A stretch of 12,189 nucleotides of DNA from Nitrospirota bacterium. Lineage in GTDB: Bacteria > Nitrospirota > Thermodesulfovibrionia > Thermodesulfovibrionales > JdFR-86. Below are positions 8,444 to 12,189 of the stretch, piece after piece. A program made the position numbers and the translations under genes. The notes below the pieces were generated by a model that was not told where the DNA came from, searched no databases, and saw nothing but the letters and a program-made list of their open reading frames with translations. Position 1 is the first letter of the stretch; each line of letters begins with the position of its first letter. The stretch is from the NCBI GenBank assembly GCA_963721805.1, contig CAVRJY010000008.1, positions 1 to 12,189 on the forward strand, read 5' to 3'.

Positions 8444-8917
8444 TTCTTGAGGAGCATGTGAACCTGTCGCTTGACCTCCTCGACCCTTATCTCGTAAATG
8501 GACTTCCTGCACTCGGTGTATATGTCGAACGCGGCGAGCTGCATCGCGTCGATCCTCTCGTCCAGGGCGCGCCACTCGGCCGCGCTCCCGGCGTCTTCGC
8601 CGAGGGTGCGCCTCATGATGCCCTTCAGAGCGGTGATGAAGCCGACCGCGCCTGATGCGGAGAAGTCCTGGACCGAGCGGATGCGGATGATGCCGTCGAG
8701 GGCAGCGCCGGCCTTATTAAGGTCCGCGCCTTCCTCGAAGTTCGTCGTAGAGGATTGAGAGGGATTCGGTGAGGGTGTGTCCGACGGGGTTGCCGAAACG
8801 GTCTGAGTTGCCGCGGATAGCCTTGGCGGACGCCTCCGGGTATGTACCCAGAACGTGCTCGAACCAGGAGGTAAGGACCTCCCGTTTCATCTCCAGCTTT
8901 CGGCTTGTAAGGCTCAT
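8425..8917 (-). CDS. dsrT: DsrT, RsbRD N-terminal-domain protein (frameshift near 8738)
   Basis: Joined product W..VLGTYP...DRFGNPVGHTL...LDGIIRIRSVQDFSASGAVGFI...AFDIYTECRKSIYEIRVEE, about 163 aa. Canonical position directly upstream of dsrM. Confidence 0.9.
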
Positions 8918-8950
8918 CCCCTGTAGCCTGACCCCTCCCCGTTTTTAGCA

Positions 8951-8983
8951 ATGGCGCCCTGTGCTTCTCCCCTCGGACGCCAT
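8951..8983 (-). other. Second hairpin in the dsrC-dsrT spacer
   Basis: Minus strand ATGGCGTCC-15 nt-GGGCGCCAT (9 bp with one G-U pair). Confidence 0.35.
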
Positions 8984-8991
8984 GTTAGGAA

Positions 8992-9018
8992 TCGGGGGGC
9001 CGCCAGGCGGCCCCCCGA
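8992..9018. other. Very stable hairpin downstream of dsrC, without U-tract
   Basis: Perfect inverted repeat TCGGGGGGCCGCC-A-GGCGGCCCCCCGA, 16 nt after the dsrC stop. Confidence 0.75.
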
Positions 9019-9034
9019 ATCAATCGATTGCTTG

Positions 9035-9370
9035 TTACACGCAGCCGGTGGGCTTCGGAAGACCGGCATACTTGCAGGCCTGCTTGGCCGGACCGCCGGG
9101 ATACAGCTCGTAGAGGTACTTCGTGTTGCCCTTCTCCGGGCCCATCGCCTTGCCAAGCTCCTTGACGAGGATCTTGATCATCGGCGCGATCTGGTACTTC
9201 GCGTAGTAATCCCTCAGGAAGTTGATGACCTCCCAGTGGGCCTCTGTCAGCTTGATGCCGTCCTGGTCCGCGAGGGACTGTGCCATCTCCGGTACCCAGT
9301 CGCCGAGGTTGACGAGGTATCCGTCGTCATCGATCTCAATCGCCCTGCCCTGAAAATCAAAAGTTGCCAT
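9035..9370 (-). CDS. dsrC: DsrC sulfur carrier (true DsrC, Cys-X10-Cys)
   Basis: 111 aa, DDDGYL..DW and HWEVINFLRDYY motifs. C-terminus CKYAGLPKPTGCV carries both conserved cysteines. SD AAGGAGG. Context upstream of dsrTMKJOP. Confidence 0.97.
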   Translation of the reverse strand: MATFDFQGRAIEIDDDGYLVNLGDWVPEMAQSLADQDGIKLTEAHWEVINFLRDYYAKYQIAPMIKILVKELGKAMGPEKGNTKYLYELYPGGPAKQACKYAGLPKPTGCV

Positions 9371-9480
9371 TCTACGTCCTCCTTCTTTATTTTGAATCAG
9401 TTATCGTGATGGAAACTCCACCCTCAAAACGCCGCCCAGATACAGAAATATAAGATTCTCCCCTAAGACGGCGGTGTATG

Positions 9481-9526
9481 AAGGTAATATACCGGCATGG
9501 CGTCGGTCAAATAAAAAAATATTATT
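9481..9526 (-). promoter_or_regulatory. Probable sigma70 promoter of dsrC with AT-rich UP-like element
   Basis: Minus strand AATAATATTTTTTTAT, then TTGACC (9510-9505), 18 nt, TACCTT (9486-9481). Implies a leader of about 100 nt. Confidence 0.45.
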
Positions 9527-9650
9527 GGTCCATAGGTTAAAGCTTATAAACACTCTGCGCCGCCATTGTGGGGGTATCCGCTGGCCGGATTCCGGCGCGG
9601 CCGGAGGGCCTCGTTTGACCGGTACGAGCGGACTGTTTCCATAACGGCTG

Positions 9651-12117
9651 CTATCGGCGGTCCGGGGAAAACCTCTTGAGCCTGAGGGCGTTGCTGACGA
9701 CCGTCACCGACGACATGCCCATCGCCGCGGCCGCGAGTATCGGGTTTAGCAGTATGCCGAAAAACGGAAACAACACACCTGCCGCGATCGGGATCAGGAC
9801 GGTATTGTAGGCGAAGGCCCAAAACAGGTTTTGCCTTATGTTCGTGATCGTGGCGCTCGACAGCTCGATCGCAACCGGGATCAAGCGGATGTCGCCCCTC
9901 ATCAGCGTGATGTCCGAGGACTCCATCGCAACATCCGTCCCGGTGCCTATCGCGATTCCGACGTCGGCCTGCGCGAGCGCGGGGGCGTCGTTTATGCCGT
10001 CGCCGACCATCGCGACCACACGGCCTTCGGATTGAAGCCGTCTCACCTCATCGGCCTTCTGGTCCGGGAGTACGCCGGCGAGCACGCGGTCGATCCCGGC
10101 CTGCCGCGCCATGGCCTCGCCGGTGCGGCGGTTGTCACCGGTGAGCATCACGACCTCGACCCCGAGCCTCTTAAGCGCGGAGATCGCATCGGCAGCGCCG
10201 TCCTTTATGGTATCGGCCACGCATAGCATCCCAAGCGGCCGGCCCTCGAGCGCGACGAACATCGGGGTCTTGCCCTCGGACGCAAACGCCACGGCCTTCT
10301 GTACCAGCTCGCCGAGTGCGACGCCTTCACGCTCCATCAGCGTCTCGTTTCCGATCAGGACGCGCCTGTCATCGACCACGGCCGAGACACCGTAGCCGGG
10401 CATGGCCTTAAACCCCGAGGCCGGGGAAAGCGCCACCCCCATCTCGGAGGCCTTCTTCACTACCGACTCGCCAAGCGGGTGCTCCGAGCCCCGCTCGGCC
10501 GATGCCGCAAAGTACACGACTTGCGCCTCGCTCTCTCGCCCGCAAACGGAATTATGTCAGTCACCGATGGCGTCCCGTTCGTGATCGTCCCGGTCTTGTC
10601 AAAGACCACGGTATTGATCTTGTGAGCTGTTTCTAATGCCTCGCCCCCTCGGATGAGGATGCCGAACTGTGCGCCCTTGCCGGTGCCGACCATGACCGAG
10701 GTCGGGGTCGCGAGCCCGAGCGCGCAGGGGCAGGCGATGATGAGCACCGCTATCGCGTTTAAGAATGCGTACGTGAGTCTCGGCTCCGGGCCGAGCGTAA
10801 ACCATACTATGAACGTTACGGTCGCGATCCCCATCACCGAGGGCACGAAGATCGAGGCTATCTTGTCCGCGAGCCGTGCGATCGGGGGCTTCGAGCCCTG
10901 CGCCTCCTGAACCATCGAGATGATGTGCGCGAGCACGGTTCTCGCGCCCGACCGCAGTGGCCTCAAACTTGAAAGTCCCTGTGCGGTTAAACGTCGCCCC
11001 GATCACCCGGTCTCCGGCCCGCTTCTCGACCGGCATCGACTCTCCGGTGACCATGGATTCGTCCACGGCCGAGGAGCCATCGGCGACTGTGCCGTCGACC
11101 GGGATCTTCTCTCCGGGCCGGACGACAACCATATCCCCCGCAACTACGTCCATGATCGAGATATCAAGCTCGGCGACTCCGCGCACGACGCGCGCGGTCT
11201 TCGGCTGAAGCCCGATCAGTTTTTTGATCGCCTCGGACGTATGCCCCTTGGCCCGCATCTCAAACAGGCGGCCAAGCAGTATGAGGACGATGATCGCGGC
11301 CGAGGTGTCGTAGTAGACGTCAGGGGCGTAGCCCTTGACCGTGAAGACCGAAGGGAAAAAGGTGGCTATGACGCTGTAAACGAACGCTGCCGAGGTGCCG
11401 ACCGCGATGAGCGTGTTCATGTTGGTCGTGCGGTGGCGCGCGGCCGCTATCGCGCCTGGAGTAGAATTGCCCGCCTATCCAGAACTGGATCGGGATCACG
11501 AGTATGAGCTGGGCGATGAAGCCGGTACGCATCGGGATATGCGCGATGGACATAAGCCCGAGCCTGTCCCAGTACATCAGGAGCATGATAGGCACGGCCA
11601 GGGCCGCGCCAAGGATGACCTTCAGCCTGAGCGCCCTGTAGCGCGCCTCGCGCTCCTCGCGTTCGCGTTCGACCACGTCTTCCTCGGCGTATTCGGGCAC
11701 CTCGTATCCGGCGTCCCTGATCGCGCGCCTGATCTCGGCAAGCCCTGTCATCGTCGGCAGGTACTCCACCGTGGCGCGTTCGGTAGCGAGGTTCACCGAG
11801 GCCCGTAGAATACCCGGGAGCTCGGCTATCGCGCGCTCCACCGCGCTTACGCATGCCGCACAGGTCATGCCCTTTACCGGAAGCACTTGGCGCGCGACGC
11901 CCACGCCGTAGCCGAGGTCCTCGATGAGCCGGATGAAACCCTCTATGGATTGCTTTTCGGGGTCATAGACTATCGTTGCGCGTTCGGCCGCGAGGTTCAC
12001 CGAGGCGGAGATGACGCCGGGCAGCTCGCCGAGCGATTCCTGTACGCGGGCCGAACACGCGGCGCAGGACATCCCGGTCACGGGGATATCCACTTTTGCC
12101 TTGGCGTCTTTTTGCAT
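9651..12117 (-). CDS. copA: Copper(I)-translocating P1B-type ATPase with two HMA domains (frameshifts near 11457, 10940, 10533)
   Basis: GMSCAAC and GMTCAAC HMA motifs, [29 protein letters not shown] and [10 protein letters not shown] signatures YN and MGMSS of Cu+ ATPases. About 820 aa when joined. Confidence 0.95.
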
Positions 12118-12127
12118 TAGCGATGAG

Positions 12128-12189
12128 CTACCGGCACTGGACCGGCGTAGCCACGTCGATCTGCCTCATGAGCGTCTCGATATCCTGTT
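12128..12189 (-). CDS. Probable 3' end of an unidentified upstream gene
   Basis: Frame ..QDIETLMRQIDVATPVQCR* has mostly G/C third positions and stops 10 nt before the copA start. Too short to assign. Confidence 0.35.
   Translation of the reverse strand, partial: QDIETLMRQIDVATPVQCR

Noticed and set aside
8945..8962. sigma54 promoter before dsrT (GGGCGCCATTGC, minus strand)
   Set aside because: GG-to-GC spacing is 8 nt rather than the required 10.
11774..12006. 29-bp near-perfect direct repeat (11774-11802 and 11978-12006)
   Set aside because: Spaced by 204 nt (68 codons); it encodes ASVNLAxERA in the two tandem HMA domains of CopA.
1..12189. CRISPR arrays, tRNA/rRNA genes, IS elements or prophage genes
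   Set aside because: No periodic repeats, RNA-gene signatures, transposase or integrase ORFs were seen; the intergenic gaps are short and largely accounted for.

Overview
GC-rich bacterial DNA with most genes on the minus strand. The core is a dissimilatory sulfur-metabolism cluster: dsrC-dsrT-dsrMKJOP plus a 2[4Fe-4S] ferredoxin (9370->3029), closed by a strong intrinsic terminator. dsrAB/D/L/EFH are not in the window. Upstream lies a Cu(I)-type P1B ATPase (copA, two HMA domains). Downstream are a convergent secreted putative OB-fold protein (+ strand), a PrpE-type acyl-CoA synthetase, and the 5' end of an ArsR-like/SufR-like HTH regulator whose promoter is overlapped by a perfect palindrome. 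Most long genes are split by small indels that are best explained as long-read sequencing errors. The protein families are known. The less obvious signals are RNA structures between dsrC/dsrT/dsrM (including a terminator overlapping the dsrT stop codon), a long-type DsrC combined with a sulfate-reducer-type TMKJOP, and a DsrO that lacks one Fe-S cluster. A Nitrospirota (Thermodesulfovibrionia)-like host is a guess from recalled sequence similarity and is not verified.
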